DNA from: Spirochaetota bacterium
Lineage (GTDB): Bacteria > Spirochaetota > UBA4802 > UBA5550
Length of the DNA stretch: 64,000 bases
Reading direction: 5' to 3'
NCBI GenBank assembly: GCA_963664815.2
Contig: CAXXHB010000003.1
Location: forward strand, 2,912,001 to 2,976,000
Under the pieces are notes generated by a model. The model worked only from the letters and a program-made list of their open reading frames with translations, was not told where the DNA came from and did not search any database. The stretch's first letter is position 1. Every line of letters starts with the position of its first letter. Below, piece after piece: positions 9,060 through 20,042 of the stretch. Both the position numbers and the translations under genes were made by a program.

Positions 9060-12000
9060 ATGATTGTCAATATAAAATATATCAGAATAATACGATATTT
9101 CATACTCTCATCCCTGCTGGTTCTGGGGAATGTAACAGCAATCTTTCCGGAGACATTCCCGTTAAACAGCAAAATGGACAATATATCTCTTGATAACTGT
9201 ATAGAATATGTTGAAGATCCAACTGGGAAAATGGAACTGGATGATATCAGAAAAATTGATGCCCGACAATTCAGACAGCTCCCTGACAATAAAATTAATA
9301 TCGGTTATTCAAAGTCAACCTTCTGGCTGAAAATTATAATTAAAAACGAAAGAGTTGATCCTTTCAACTGGATTTTTGAATCGAGATACCCTCTTCTTGA
9401 TTACATCACTCTTTACATTCCAGCAGAATTCGGTTTTATCGAAATTGAATCGGGAGACATGCTACCTTTTAAAAATATGCCGATTGATTATTATAATTTC
9501 GCATCCAGAATAACAAGCCCTCCTGGTGAATCAAGTATATATCTTAAGATAAAATCAGAGGGTTCTCTGATTTTCAAATTCCGAGGATGGGATTATGATT
9601 CCTTTCTGCACAACATTTATGTAGACATGTCACGTTTATGGCTGCTATACGGAATAATTATTGCCCTGTTCTTTTACAATTCTTTCATCTATATAGTATC
9701 TAAAGATAAAGCCTATCTATTTCTGTCACTCTTCATTGTTTCCACAATGTTATTAACTTTAATTTTTAACGGAATGGCAAGAAAATATCTCTGGCCAGAT
9801 TCAACATGGTGGGCAAATTACTCCCATCCATTTGCACTTTACTTAACCCTGATATTTCTTATAAAATTTACTCAGGCATTTTTGAACACAAAAGTCTATA
9901 TCAGATTCACACATAATGTACTTAACATCATTGTTGCAGCAATAATTCCGCTTATTATGATATCCCTGTTTACTCCCTACAACATATCAACAAAACTTTC
10001 CGTTACCGCAATGATTGTAACTCCTTTCATTTTGATTATTTTCACAATGATACCGATGTTCTGGGTTAACAGAAAAATGGCTTTATACTATTTATGCTCC
10101 TGGCTATTTTTCTCTCTTGGAATTATCCTCATAGGATTCAGAAGCCTTGGCCTTGTTACTGACAGTTTTCTTACAGAACGAAGTTACCAGATTGGAATGG
10201 CTTTTTCCTTCGTCTTTCTATCTATAGGAGTTGCAGATAAACTTGGTGTGTTAAAAAAAGAAAATGAAAAAGCTCTTTCATCGCTTAAGGAATCTGAATC
10301 AAGATACAGGTTATTCTTTGAAACAGCACACGATGCTATAATGTACTGCATAAATGATATTCCTGTTTTCGCCAACAGAAACATGCTGAAGATGACAGGA
10401 TATAACTCTAACGATTTTTACAAAAAAAGTGTTTATGATTTCTTTATATCGGAAAATGAATCTGGTGATGATGTTATACTACAGATTAAAAAAATATCAT
10501 CCGGTAAAATTCAGAACGCACAGTTTGAGGCTCTGCTTATAAATAAAGACAACATAAAAATAAATGTCCTTATTTCAATTTCATACCTCTCTGCAGGGGA
10601 TAACGGAGGAATATTTATGATAATATCAGATATTTCTTCATTAAAAAATGCATCAAACACAATCCATAAGCAGTATCAGAAAATTCAGGCTCAATTCGAC
10701 AGCATGGAAGTTCTCAATAATGAGCTGATATCGGCGCAGAGCAAACTGATAGCAGCTAACATTGAGATTGAAAAAGAGAAGGAATTTCTGTCCGCAACGC
10801 TTCTGTCAATAGGAGATGGTGTAATTGCTTATGATATTGAAGGGAAGATATTCCTGATAAATAACGTCGCAGAAGATATGACAGGAATATCCGGAAAAAA
10901 TGCCATTGGTAAACATGTGCGTGAGATTCTGCATCTTACTGATGATTTATCAAGAGATCTTTTTTTTGATACACTTGGGAAAGTTACCGAGAAATACAGA
11001 TTTAACAATATAGGTGTGCCATTTAATCTGATAGATAAAGATGGTAATGAAAGAATCATTGAAATAAACAGCGCCATAATCACACTCGACAATAAACCTC
11101 AGGGCATAGTACTGGCACTGCGCGATATAACTATAAAAAGTAAAATTGATACGGAACTTATCAAGATGAGTAAGCTTGAATCAATAGGAATTCTCGCTGG
11201 AGGTATAGCGCATGACTTTAACAACCTGCTGACAGGTATATCCGGAAATATTTCGATGATGAAAAATCATGCTCTTGAATTAGATGGGATATCTGATATA
11301 TTTAAGAATCTTGAAAAAGCTGTTGACAGAGCCGCTGCTTTAACAAAGCAGCTTTTAACTTTTGCCAAGGGTGGAGAACCTATTCTAACCTCTTCATCAC
11401 TTAAGGATATTATTAATGAATCTGCAAAATTCATCATTAAAAACCAGGACATCCGGATTGAAGTAGATATCAGTGATAATCTTCATTATGTTTTGATAGA
11501 TCCCAATCAGATCAGCCAGGCGATAAATAATCTTCTTATAAACTCCATACAGGCCATGAGCCGTGGAGGTACTATAACAATTTGTGCATCCAATATTGAC
11601 GAAATTCCTCACGAGATTCCTCTGAAATCCGGTAGTTATGTAATGCTTAAAATATCTGATACCGGTTCCGGCATACCGGAAAAAAATCTCGGTAAAATTT
11701 TCGATCCATTTTTTACAACAAAATCAAATGGTACGGGGCTTGGCCTTACAAGCACTTATTCAATTGTAAAAAAACATAGAGGTTATATAGAGGTTTCTTC
11801 GGAAGAGAATATGGGGACTACATTTAAAATATATTTAAAATCCACCCCTATGCCGGAACAAAAAAGTATAACAATTCAAAATAAAAATGAGGAAAAAGGC
11901 ACAGGAAGTATTCTGATTATGGATGATGAGGAATATATCCTGGAAGTTCTGTTGAAAATGCTGAAACATAAGGGATATAGTGTTGATTGTGCGAAGAACG

Positions 12001-12275
12001 GGGAAGAAGCAATTAAACTATATACGGAAAAGTTCTCTTTAAACAAAGCTTATGATTATGTTATTCTTGATCTTACGGTCTATGGTGGTATGGGTGGCAA
12101 AGAAGCTATTACAGAGCTGAAAAAAATTGACCCCAATATAAAAGCAATTGTAAGCAGCGGTTATTCCGATAATACCATCATGGCAAATTATAAAGAATAT
12201 GGTTTTGCAGGTGTTTTAACCAAACCTTATGCAATAGAGGATGTGATCAAATCACTGGCAGAAACTGATTTATAA
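9060..12275 (+). CDS. hybrid sensor histidine kinase (7TM-DISM extracellular + 7TM, 2 PAS, HisKA, HATPase, REC)
   Basis: GYSKSTFWLK (DISMED2), about 7 hydrophobic helices, AGGIAHDFNNLL H-box, DTGSGI, FDPFFTTK, GTGLGL and C-terminal ILIMDDE/ILDL receiver. Confidence 0.93.
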   Translation: MIVNIKYIRIIRYFILSSLLVLGNVTAIFPETFPLNSKMDNISLDNCIEYVEDPTGKMELDDIRKIDARQFRQLPDNKINIGYSKSTFWLKIIIKNERVDPFNWIFESRYPLLDYITLYIPAEFGFIEIESGDMLPFKNMPIDYYNFASRITSPPGESSIYLKIKSEGSLIFKFRGWDYDSFLHNIYVDMSRLWLLYGIIIALFFYNSFIYIVSKDKAYLFLSLFIVSTMLLTLIFNGMARKYLWPDSTWWANYSHPFALYLTLIFLIKFTQAFLNTKVYIRFTHNVLNIIVAAIIPLIMISLFTPYNISTKLSVTAMIVTPFILIIFTMIPMFWVNRKMALYYLCSWLFFSLGIILIGFRSLGLVTDSFLTERSYQIGMAFSFVFLSIGVADKLGVLKKENEKALSSLKESESRYRLFFETAHDAIMYCINDIPVFANRNMLKMTGYNSNDFYKKSVYDFFISENESGDDVILQIKKISSGKIQNAQFEALLINKDNIKINVLISISYLSAGDNGGIFMIISDISSLKNASNTIHKQYQKIQAQFDSMEVLNNELISAQSKLIAANIEIEKEKEFLSATLLSIGDGVIAYDIEGKIFLINNVAEDMTGISGKNAIGKHVREILHLTDDLSRDLFFDTLGKVTEKYRFNNIGVPFNLIDKDGNERIIEINSAIITLDNKPQGIVLALRDITIKSKIDTELIKMSKLESIGILAGGIAHDFNNLLTGISGNISMMKNHALELDGISDIFKNLEKAVDRAAALTKQLLTFAKGGEPILTSSSLKDIINESAKFIIKNQDIRIEVDISDNLHYVLIDPNQISQAINNLLINSIQAMSRGGTITICASNIDEIPHEIPLKSGSYVMLKISDTGSGIPEKNLGKIFDPFFTTKSNGTGLGLTSTYSIVKKHRGYIEVSSEENMGTTFKIYLKSTPMPEQKSITIQNKNEEKGTGSILIMDDEEYILEVLLKMLKHKGYSVDCAKNGEEAIKLYTEKFSLNKAYDYVILDLTVYGGMGGKEAITELKKIDPNIKAIVSSGYSDNTIMANYKEYGFAGVLTKPYAIEDVIKSLAETDL

Positions 12276-12518
12276 ATAGTTTTTGCAGCGCTCCGGACTG
12301 CCGGATTCTCATTTAATGATTAAACCATCAGCTATATTATTATTCTGAATCCACTTCCAGTTATATATAATTCAATTGCATAATTTTCACTAAAAAATCT
12401 TGACAACATATTTCATTAAAATTCATTTTAATAACATTGTATCTTTTTTAATCAGTTCATCAAAAATAGACCGTTAATACTATTCGGCTACATGAATATA
12501 AAACACAAAGAGGATTAT

Positions 12519-14360
12519 ATGACAATACCTTTAAGAAGTGAAACAACAACATCAGGCCGAAGAATGGCAGGAGCAAGGAGCCTGTGGCGTGCAAATGGAA
12601 TGAAGGAAGAACAGTTAGGAAAACCGATTATTGCTATTGTAAATTCATTCACAGAGCTAGTTCCAGGTCATGTACACCTCAATGAAATGGGAAGATTCAT
12701 AAAAAAACTGATAGAGGAACAGGGTTGTTTTGCTCCTGAATTTAATACAATTGCAATCGATGACGGGATAGCCATGGGACATGACGGTATGCTCTACTCA
12801 CTTCCATCAAGAGAAATAATAGCTGACAGTGTAGAATATATGTGTAATGCACATCAGGTAGATGCCATGATTTGCATTCCGAACTGTGATAAAATTGTCC
12901 CTGGAATGCTGATGGCGGCCATGCGACTTAATATACCAGCTGTGTTTATTTCAGGCGGACCGATGGAAGCAGGAGTTCATGATGGAAAAAAATATGACCT
13001 TATTGACGCGATGGTTATGGGAGCGGATCCATCCATACCTGATGAATTTATCGCCGAGCTTGAACTTAAAGCCTGTCCGACTTGCGGCTCATGCTCAGGG
13101 ATGTTCACTGCCAATTCTATGAACTGTCTCACAGAAGCGCTGGGTCTTGGACTTCCCGGCAACGGAACTGTCGTAGCAACACATGCAACCAGAAGAAGGA
13201 TGACTGAACAGGCAGCTAAATTAATTGTTAACAATGCCAATGAATATTATGAAAAGGGTAAAGTATCCGTACTTCCACGTTCAATTGCTACCAAGGAAGC
13301 TTTTCTTAATGCCATGTCTCTCGATATAGCTATGGGAGGATCGACAAATACTGTACTTCACCTTCTTGCTATTGCAGATGCCGCTGAAGTTGATTTCACA
13401 ATGAATGATATTGATATACTTTCACGTAAAATTCCCAACCTCTGTAAAGTGGCACCAAGCTACCATTACCACATAGAGGATGTAAACCGCGCTGGAGGAG
13501 TAATGTCAATATATGGCGAGCTGGATAGAGCCGGATTAATAGATACCTCTGTTATGAGAGTTGATTCACCATCACTGCAGGAAACCCTCGACAAGTACGA
13601 TATTATGCGTAAAAGCGTATTGCCTGAAGCAAAAAAAATTTACAGCAGTGGTCCGGGAAGGAATGGCAGAAACCTCAGATTTGCATCGCAGGATACTTAC
13701 TACAGTGAACTTGATACAGACAGAATATCCGGATGCATCAGGAATATTGAAAACTGTTACAATATGGATGGAGGCCTTGCAGTCCTTTTCGGAAATATCG
13801 CTCAGAACGGATGTATCGTCAAAACAGCAGGGGTTGACGCTTCTCTTTATAAATTCAACGGCCCTGCAAAAGTTTTCAATTCACAGGAACTGGCATGTGA
13901 CGCAATACTCGGTGGAAAAATAAAAGCTGGAGATGTTGTTGTTATCCGTTATGAAGGCCCGAAAGGCGGACCCGGCATGCAGGAGATGCTTTACCCTACT
14001 TCATATATAAAATCAATGCATCTTGGTAAAGAATGTGCCCTGATTACTGATGGCAGATTCTCGGGTGGAACAGCAGGCCTTTCCATCGGACATATCTCTC
14101 CTGAAGCAGCATCTGGAGGAAACATAGCATTGGTAAAAGACGGAGATATTATAGAAATAAATATCCCTGAAAGAAAAATAAATATATCTGTTGATGATAA
14201 TGAAGTTATGAAAAGAAATAAAGAGGAGACATCAAAGGGGAAAGAGGCTTTTAAACCACAAGGAAGAGACAGAAAAATTTCCAAGGCACTCCAGATTTAC
14301 TCTCTTCTCGCATCATCAGCAGATAAAGGCGCAGTAAGAAAAATTCCCGACAATATTTAG
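12519..14360 (+). CDS. ilvD: dihydroxy-acid dehydratase
   Basis: [58 protein letters not shown] and TDGRFSGG. Confidence 0.98.
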   Translation: MTIPLRSETTTSGRRMAGARSLWRANGMKEEQLGKPIIAIVNSFTELVPGHVHLNEMGRFIKKLIEEQGCFAPEFNTIAIDDGIAMGHDGMLYSLPSREIIADSVEYMCNAHQVDAMICIPNCDKIVPGMLMAAMRLNIPAVFISGGPMEAGVHDGKKYDLIDAMVMGADPSIPDEFIAELELKACPTCGSCSGMFTANSMNCLTEALGLGLPGNGTVVATHATRRRMTEQAAKLIVNNANEYYEKGKVSVLPRSIATKEAFLNAMSLDIAMGGSTNTVLHLLAIADAAEVDFTMNDIDILSRKIPNLCKVAPSYHYHIEDVNRAGGVMSIYGELDRAGLIDTSVMRVDSPSLQETLDKYDIMRKSVLPEAKKIYSSGPGRNGRNLRFASQDTYYSELDTDRISGCIRNIENCYNMDGGLAVLFGNIAQNGCIVKTAGVDASLYKFNGPAKVFNSQELACDAILGGKIKAGDVVVIRYEGPKGGPGMQEMLYPTSYIKSMHLGKECALITDGRFSGGTAGLSIGHISPEAASGGNIALVKDGDIIEINIPERKINISVDDNEVMKRNKEETSKGKEAFKPQGRDRKISKALQIYSLLASSADKGAVRKIPDNI

Positions 14361-14390
14361 CTGTACATTAAGAAAAAAAGATAATATAAT

Positions 14391-14422
14391 AAGAAAGGGA
14401 ATCTTTTAAGATCCCCTTTCTT
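14391..14422. terminator. bidirectional terminator between ilvD and the exonuclease
   Basis: AAGAAAGGGAATCTT-tt-AAGATCCCCTTTCTT between convergent stops. Confidence 0.7.
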
Positions 14423-14436
14423 ATTATAAATTCCAT

Positions 14437-15249
14437 TTAAGGCCACGGTTCCCAGTCGCCCCAATTATCAAAATATTCTTTAAATGCCGGGATTCTTTCA
14501 ATATTGTTAAACACAAAAAATTTTGCCTTTTGAACAATATCCTGCTCCTTGTCAATTGATATATCACCCTGCAGCACTCGTGTTCTGAGAAATACAAAAT
14601 AAGTATCAAGCACATCATGTATGCAGTAATTATTTATATCATCAACTTTTCCCTGAAGAAACATCTCGTAGACCTGATCCCCTTTCGTAGACATTTTGCC
14701 CGGCTTGCCAAGTACTTTAGCAAGAAGATTCAATCCGCCATTCATCCTGATGGCATTATAATTTGAAAGATAATCCTGCAGATCAATATGCTTTGTACTG
14801 TAACGGTTTCGTCCAGCCCATTTATCCTTGAAATGCCTTTTAACAGGATAACCATACCTGAAAGCCATTAACTCAAGCAATGGAATATCAAATCCCCTGC
14901 CATTAAAAGTAACGAGTGCTGAATGATTATAAAGATTTTCAACACCATGCCAGAATAACCTTACAATCTCAGATGATCTGTATGCGGGTTTATCCAGACT
15001 GACTATATCAAGAAGTGAGAAATCTTCAGCTACTTTCGCCAAGCAAACCGCAATCGGATACTGAAAAGTAACAGGGATAAAATCAGTAGTGCCGCTTGAT
15101 CCTTCCAGTATCTCCTCCTGAAATTTTCTTACGGCACCTGCTTCATCAAAACTTTCTTCAGGATATTTAACTTTTTTTATAAGTTTTGCATCAGGTACAG
15201 ATTCCACATCAAATACAAGATATTTGACATCTTCATTTTTAATACTCAA
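14437..15249 (-). CDS. 3'-5' exonuclease, PolB-exo-like (DnaQ/DEDDy superfamily)
   Basis: VFDVES (ExoI), TFNGRGFDIP (ExoII), HIDL and YCIHDVLDTY (ExoIII). Confidence 0.88.
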   Translation of the reverse strand: MSIKNEDVKYLVFDVESVPDAKLIKKVKYPEESFDEAGAVRKFQEEILEGSSGTTDFIPVTFQYPIAVCLAKVAEDFSLLDIVSLDKPAYRSSEIVRLFWHGVENLYNHSALVTFNGRGFDIPLLELMAFRYGYPVKRHFKDKWAGRNRYSTKHIDLQDYLSNYNAIRMNGGLNLLAKVLGKPGKMSTKGDQVYEMFLQGKVDDINNYCIHDVLDTYFVFLRTRVLQGDISIDKEQDIVQKAKFFVFNNIERIPAFKEYFDNWGDWEPWP

Positions 15250-15253
15250 TTAC

Positions 15254-15697
15254 TTATTTACCTTTAACCTTTTCTTCCATTTTCTGATATAAATCTTTTA
15301 TGAAAGGATCTGTTTCTGTTTCTTTTGCTTTTTTCCATACTGCAATGGATTTATCAGATTTTATTCTCATTGTTGAAAGAAGTGCAGTATATCTTACCGA
15401 AGCATTCGAATCGTTCAGGATCAGATTGTTCAGTGCATCAACGTTTTTCTCTCCACCTATATAACCGAGAGCCATAGCCGCATAAGCCCTGACCACATAC
15501 CTTGAATCAGAAAGAAGTGCAACCAGCTTTTGAGAAGCATCCTCCTCTTTCTTGTCTCCAAGCCATTCAGCTGCCTGAATAATAATCTTCTCATCTTTTG
15601 CAGGATCAAGATCCGCTATATATTTTTCTTTGTCAGAAGCAAAAACCATTGATGATATCGATAAAATAATAAACGTAATAAAAATTCTTTTTTTCAT
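15254..15697 (-). CDS. exported HEAT-repeat protein
   Basis: signal peptide ending VFA, followed by LLSDSRYVVRAYAAMALG-type HEAT repeats. Confidence 0.8.
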   Translation of the reverse strand: MKKRIFITFIILSISSMVFASDKEKYIADLDPAKDEKIIIQAAEWLGDKKEEDASQKLVALLSDSRYVVRAYAAMALGYIGGEKNVDALNNLILNDSNASVRYTALLSTMRIKSDKSIAVWKKAKETETDPFIKDLYQKMEEKVKGK

Positions 15698-15865
15698 AAA
15701 TTTACCTATCCTTATAAGTTACTTATACTCATATAATGTTAATAAACAACATCTTTAATGTCAATACTTTTATCGGCATATAAATGCCCTGGCAGTAGAG
15801 AACAGATTATTTTACAGAGGAATAATAAACTTACCGTAAAAATTCTGCCCATAAAACTGTTCTTT

Positions 15866-16438
15866 TCATTCAAGCATCCGTTCCATAAGGTACTCCAGAT
15901 CATCAATATAAATATTATCCTTGGTGATCCTCCACATTGTCGCAGCACCTTCATAAAGATGTACCATTCGCCTGGAGACCCTTTCAATCTCCAGTGTTTC
16001 AGGTAATTTGTCGTTTTTTACCATCTTGTTCAGAAACTGTGCAACAAGATCTACCCACCCATCAATTATCCGTTTCAGAAGATTCATCATTTCACCATCT
16101 TCAATATCAATCTGAAATGCAGATCCCGCAATCGGACATCCTCGATATATAACCTGAAAATCACTTTTAATTACTTCAATCCATTTTCTGACAAAATCAT
16201 TAAATGAATTACTGTCGAGTACCACACTAACCATCTGATTTTTTATTATTTTATCATATTCTATTACACATTCCTTTATCAGATCTCTTTTCGAAGGAAA
16301 ATGATTATAGAAACTTGCTTTTGCAACCTTTGACTCTTCAATTATCTGATTAATCCCTGTACTTTTTATTCCCTGGCTATAAAAAAGTTTCATTGCAGTC
16401 TGAAGAATTCTTTCTCTTACACTTCCGCCATCACTCAT
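15866..16438 (-). CDS. TetR/AcrR-family transcriptional regulator
   Basis: RERILQTAMKLFYSQG...TGINQI...VAKASFYNHFPSK HTH; RGCP in the C-domain. Confidence 0.93.
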   Translation of the reverse strand: MSDGGSVRERILQTAMKLFYSQGIKSTGINQIIEESKVAKASFYNHFPSKRDLIKECVIEYDKIIKNQMVSVVLDSNSFNDFVRKWIEVIKSDFQVIYRGCPIAGSAFQIDIEDGEMMNLLKRIIDGWVDLVAQFLNKMVKNDKLPETLEIERVSRRMVHLYEGAATMWRITKDNIYIDDLEYLMERMLE

Positions 16439-16580
16439 TGATTATACCCTGAATTATTACTTTCAATATTTATTCCTTAACTTTTTTGCAAATGAAAAAT
16501 GTTTTAATCATCCCGCTAACAATGCGGAAGGGAGATATAATATCTGCATTTACATTAAAATATTTAGTCAGAATATATTA

Positions 16581-16690
16581 CTGTATTTTTGAATTGACAA
16601 AAGACTGAACAGACGGTATTTGTCAATTCAAAAATACAGACCGGTTTGTCTATCTAATCAATAATCACAACATTATACAGACTTGTCTGT
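16581..16690. promoter_or_regulatory. divergent control region: 21-bp inverted repeat with two TTGACA elements plus TetR-type palindromes
   Basis: CTGTATTTTTGAATTGACAAA-17 nt-TTTGTCAATTCAAAAATACAG; ACAGACCGGTTTGT (16636-16649); ACAGACTTGTCTGT (16677-16690). Confidence 0.7.
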
Positions 16691-16747
16691 TTATAATAAA
16701 GAATTATGTATCAAACAAACTAAACGTTACTAAAAAGGGAGGACGCT

Positions 16748-17842
16748 GTGAATTTCGATTACAATCAGGAAGCCCTAAAAAACTTAAAAATTGAGGATAC
16801 ATCAATCCTCAACAGACTTGTGGATTCGAATTCCGCAAGAGAAGCTCACCTGAAGAAAGACCATTCCCAGAGAGACAAAAGAATGTCACTAAAGGAAGCG
16901 GTTGCCGAATACGTAAACGATGGAGACATCTGGTGCGATAGCGGTTTCAGTTATGTCAGGTCTGCCATTCAGGCATTCTGGGAGATTATTCGCCAGGGAA
17001 AGAAAAACCTCCAGGCAATAGGGTCACCCAATACTAACCAGAGCTATGGCGTTGTATATGGAACAGTAGCACATTGTCACGCATCATATGCCGGTGCCGA
17101 AATGAGAGGCATTGACAGACTTTTCTCAAGGAATTTAAAAAGCGGCAAAGTAAAAATTCTATCCGACTGGAGCCATGGACTTATGGGCCAGGGATTTAAA
17201 GCGGCACAACTTGGAATGCCTGGATGTTTTTCAAAACAGGGACTAGGTTCAGATATAGTTACCCATAATCCCTACCTGAAAGTTGTTCAGAATCCACTAT
17301 CAAAAGATAGTGATCCATGCGTGTTTGTTCCCGCGCTTTTCCCGGATATCGTTGTCATCCATGTAAATGCAGCGGATAAATTCGGTAATGCAAGATTCTA
17401 CGGGCCGGCAGTTAACGACATTGCAACAGCCGCAGCATCAAGAAAAGTTATTATCACCGCTGAGGAAATTGTCTCAAATTATGACATCCGCTATCATGCA
17501 AAAGGTGCACAAATACCTTTCAACAACATTGATGCCGTAGTTGAACTCCCCTTCGGCGCTGCTCCGGGATATATGCCCAATGAATATTACTGGATGAGGT
17601 ATATCTGGGAGAAATTCTTTAAATACGCAAGTGAAACTGATGAGCTATCCAAAGAATATTTCGACGAAATTATTATGGGAACAAAAAATGTAAATGACCT
17701 TGTGGAAATGGTGGGTGGACTGGATTGGGTAAACAAAAGCCGAAGAAGAGCAAGAGCAGCCGAAGGTAACAATGAATCTGACGGTATAAGCTTTGTTTAC
17801 AAGATATGGGAAAACGGTATGGATGTGAAGGATATTGAATAA
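16748..17842 (+). CDS. CoA-transferase subunit A (glutaconate CoA-transferase-like)
   Basis: MSLKEAVAEYVNDGD, EIIRQGKKNL, VPALFPDIVVIHV..AD.FGNA, VIITAEEIV and VVELPFGAAP; GGAGG RBS. Confidence 0.88.
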   Translation: MNFDYNQEALKNLKIEDTSILNRLVDSNSAREAHLKKDHSQRDKRMSLKEAVAEYVNDGDIWCDSGFSYVRSAIQAFWEIIRQGKKNLQAIGSPNTNQSYGVVYGTVAHCHASYAGAEMRGIDRLFSRNLKSGKVKILSDWSHGLMGQGFKAAQLGMPGCFSKQGLGSDIVTHNPYLKVVQNPLSKDSDPCVFVPALFPDIVVIHVNAADKFGNARFYGPAVNDIATAAASRKVIITAEEIVSNYDIRYHAKGAQIPFNNIDAVVELPFGAAPGYMPNEYYWMRYIWEKFFKYASETDELSKEYFDEIIMGTKNVNDLVEMVGGLDWVNKSRRRARAAEGNNESDGISFVYKIWENGMDVKDIE

Positions 17843-17884
17843 TCTGTATCAATCTTGAAATTCTGAATTAACAAGGAGAAAAAA

Positions 17885-18670
17885 ATGTCGAATGATAAAC
17901 CAATGAATCCTCTTGAAATGCTGGCTTTTATACTCTCAAAGCAGATTGAAGATAATGAAGTTGTATATATCGGAACAGGACTCCCGATGGTAGCTGCTAT
18001 TCTGGCAAAAAAAACTCATGCCCCTCATATTACTTTTGTTTACGAATCAGGCGGGCAGGATCCATTACATCTTGAAATGCCATGGTCAGTAGGCGGCCCT
18101 ATGACATGGAGAAAGTCTCCGATTATTATGGAGATGCCCTACTCGTTTGGTCAGGCGGCAAATGGAATGGTTGACAAGGGTTTCCTCGGGTTTGCACAGA
18201 TTGATATGTATGGTAGCGCTAATACCCACATGATCGGTCCTGAATTTACAAACCCTAAAGTAAGACTAACGGGATCGGGCGGTAATAACGACGTATCCTC
18301 TCTAGTAAGTAAACTGATTTACGTCGGACTTCAGGACCAGAATAAGTTTGTGAAAAAAGTGGACTTTGTTACTTCCCCTGGATGGCTTGGCGAAGGGGAC
18401 GCGAGAAAAAAAGCAGGTTTAATAAATGATGGTCCTATGACTGTAATAACCTCTGCCGGCGTATATGATTTCGAACCGGGAACACACAGGATGAGAATAA
18501 AGACTCTTCATCCCGGAGTGTCACCTGAACTTGCCCAGTTAGCATCAGGGTTTGAGCTTGTCAGGCCGCAGGGGGCAATTCCGGTAACAGAAACCCCGAC
18601 TAAAGAAATAATTCAGATACTGCGAAATGAAGTTGATCCTAGCGGAATCTTCATCAGTATGCCATCTTAA
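17885..18670 (+). CDS. CoA-transferase subunit B
   Basis: IGTGLP, catalytic Glu in YESG, AQIDMYG, RLTGSGG and VDFVTSPG. Confidence 0.9.
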   Translation: MSNDKPMNPLEMLAFILSKQIEDNEVVYIGTGLPMVAAILAKKTHAPHITFVYESGGQDPLHLEMPWSVGGPMTWRKSPIIMEMPYSFGQAANGMVDKGFLGFAQIDMYGSANTHMIGPEFTNPKVRLTGSGGNNDVSSLVSKLIYVGLQDQNKFVKKVDFVTSPGWLGEGDARKKAGLINDGPMTVITSAGVYDFEPGTHRMRIKTLHPGVSPELAQLASGFELVRPQGAIPVTETPTKEIIQILRNEVDPSGIFISMPS

Positions 18671-18710
18671 ATATTTTAAACTGGTAAATCGTTTAGAATT
18701 TGTTACAAAA

Positions 18711-18746
18711 CGTAAAAAAAGGATGATTTAATTCACCTTTTTTACG
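18711..18746. terminator. bidirectional terminator
   Basis: CGTAAAAAAAGG...CCTTTTTTACG between convergent genes. Confidence 0.55.
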
Positions 18747-19119
18747 TTTTGTGCTTTTTCAGAATCACACATTTTACCCTTTCATATAACTCTGTATCAT
18801 TTAAACATATTGCTTCTTCTATAGATTTCAGTGATGCTGTTATCTCTCCGTTTCTGTAATAGTATTTGGCAAGATTGTAGTAAAGAAGATGAAATCCAGG
18901 ATCCAGTTTAACAGCCTTTTTTAAAACCGCAACAGCATTATAATAATCTGTTTTCGCAGCATAAACCGATGCAAGATCTATATATGCATATATAAAGTAT
19001 TTATTCAGGTTGATTACATGCTTCAGAGCAGAAATAGCTTTTTCCCAATCTTTTTCATTCTTCCACTGACATGCTATATCATAATAATCATCAGCTTCAA
19101 TAAAATCAGTTTTATTCAC
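18742..19119 (-). CDS. small TPR protein
   Basis: about three TPR-like repeats (AYIDLASVY, YYNLAKYYY). Confidence 0.8.
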   Translation of the reverse strand: MNKTDFIEADDYYDIACQWKNEKDWEKAISALKHVINLNKYFIYAYIDLASVYAAKTDYYNAVAVLKKAVKLDPGFHLLYYNLAKYYYRNGEITASLKSIEEAICLNDTELYERVKCVILKKHKT

Positions 19120-19414
19120 AGGAACTAACCCTCCTATAAATTTTTTTTACACAAATTAAACATTTTTATCCATTTAATTCGTTAGTTAACATTTACTTAA
19201 GACCAGATTCCGTTGTCATAAATTGAAGATTTATGTTTTATTCAATATTTCATTAAAAAGAGTTGCACTTAATTATTAAATCCAGATAACTTTAATCTAA
19301 ATCATTCATCTTAAAGATAAAAAAATACTTTCATTTACTAATGCTGGTATTTTCGAGATGCCGGGATTTTTTAAATAAATAAATCAGATTCAGTTTCAAT
19401 CAATTATAATTTTT

Positions 19415-19834
19415 ATGAAGACAAACATTAATATAAGAAAATTCAGTATAACCGATAAGTCAGAAGTAATATCTCTATGGAAAACCTGCGGATTGATTGT
19501 GCCATCTAATAATCCTGAAGATGATATTGAACTGAAAATCAAATTTCAACCGGACCTTTTTTTTGTCGCCGAAATTGAAGGTAAAGTTATAGGTACGGTT
19601 ATGACAGGTTTCGACGGACATAGAGGATGGCTTAATTATCTCGGAGTAGATCCAGTGTTCAGAAAATGTGGATTTGGGCGCTCACTTGTCGAATACTCTA
19701 TAAATAAACTAAAAGAACTGGGATGCCCTAAATTAAATATACAGATCAGAACAGGAAATACTGCTGTAACTGATTTCTATAAAAAACTGGGATTCCAGAA
19801 TCATGATGTAATTGGTATGCAAATAAAGCTCTGA
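19415..19834 (+). CDS. GNAT acetyltransferase (YpeA-like)
   Basis: GTVMTGFDGHRGWLNYLGV, RKCGFG and FYKKLGF. Confidence 0.9.
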   Translation: MKTNINIRKFSITDKSEVISLWKTCGLIVPSNNPEDDIELKIKFQPDLFFVAEIEGKVIGTVMTGFDGHRGWLNYLGVDPVFRKCGFGRSLVEYSINKLKELGCPKLNIQIRTGNTAVTDFYKKLGFQNHDVIGMQIKL

Positions 19835-19957
19835 AATTCAAAATATAATTCCATTTCACTCTCAAATTCTCTCATCTACTCATAATACTTCTTTCTCATA
19901 ATGTTTTATAATAGAAGTGTCATTTCTATACTGTCTTCATGTTAAATTCTATCTTAC

Positions 19958-19997
19958 TTCTCATTGTAAACCTTTAAAAAAAGGTTTACAATGAGAA
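19958..19997. repeat. perfect 18-bp inverted repeat upstream of the S1 gene
   Basis: TTCTCATTGTAAACCTTT-aaaa-AAAGGTTTACAATGAGAA. Confidence 0.8.
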
Positions 19998-20042
19998 ATG
20001 ATATATAATTATTGATTAAATTATTTTTTCAGGATTTTTAAA

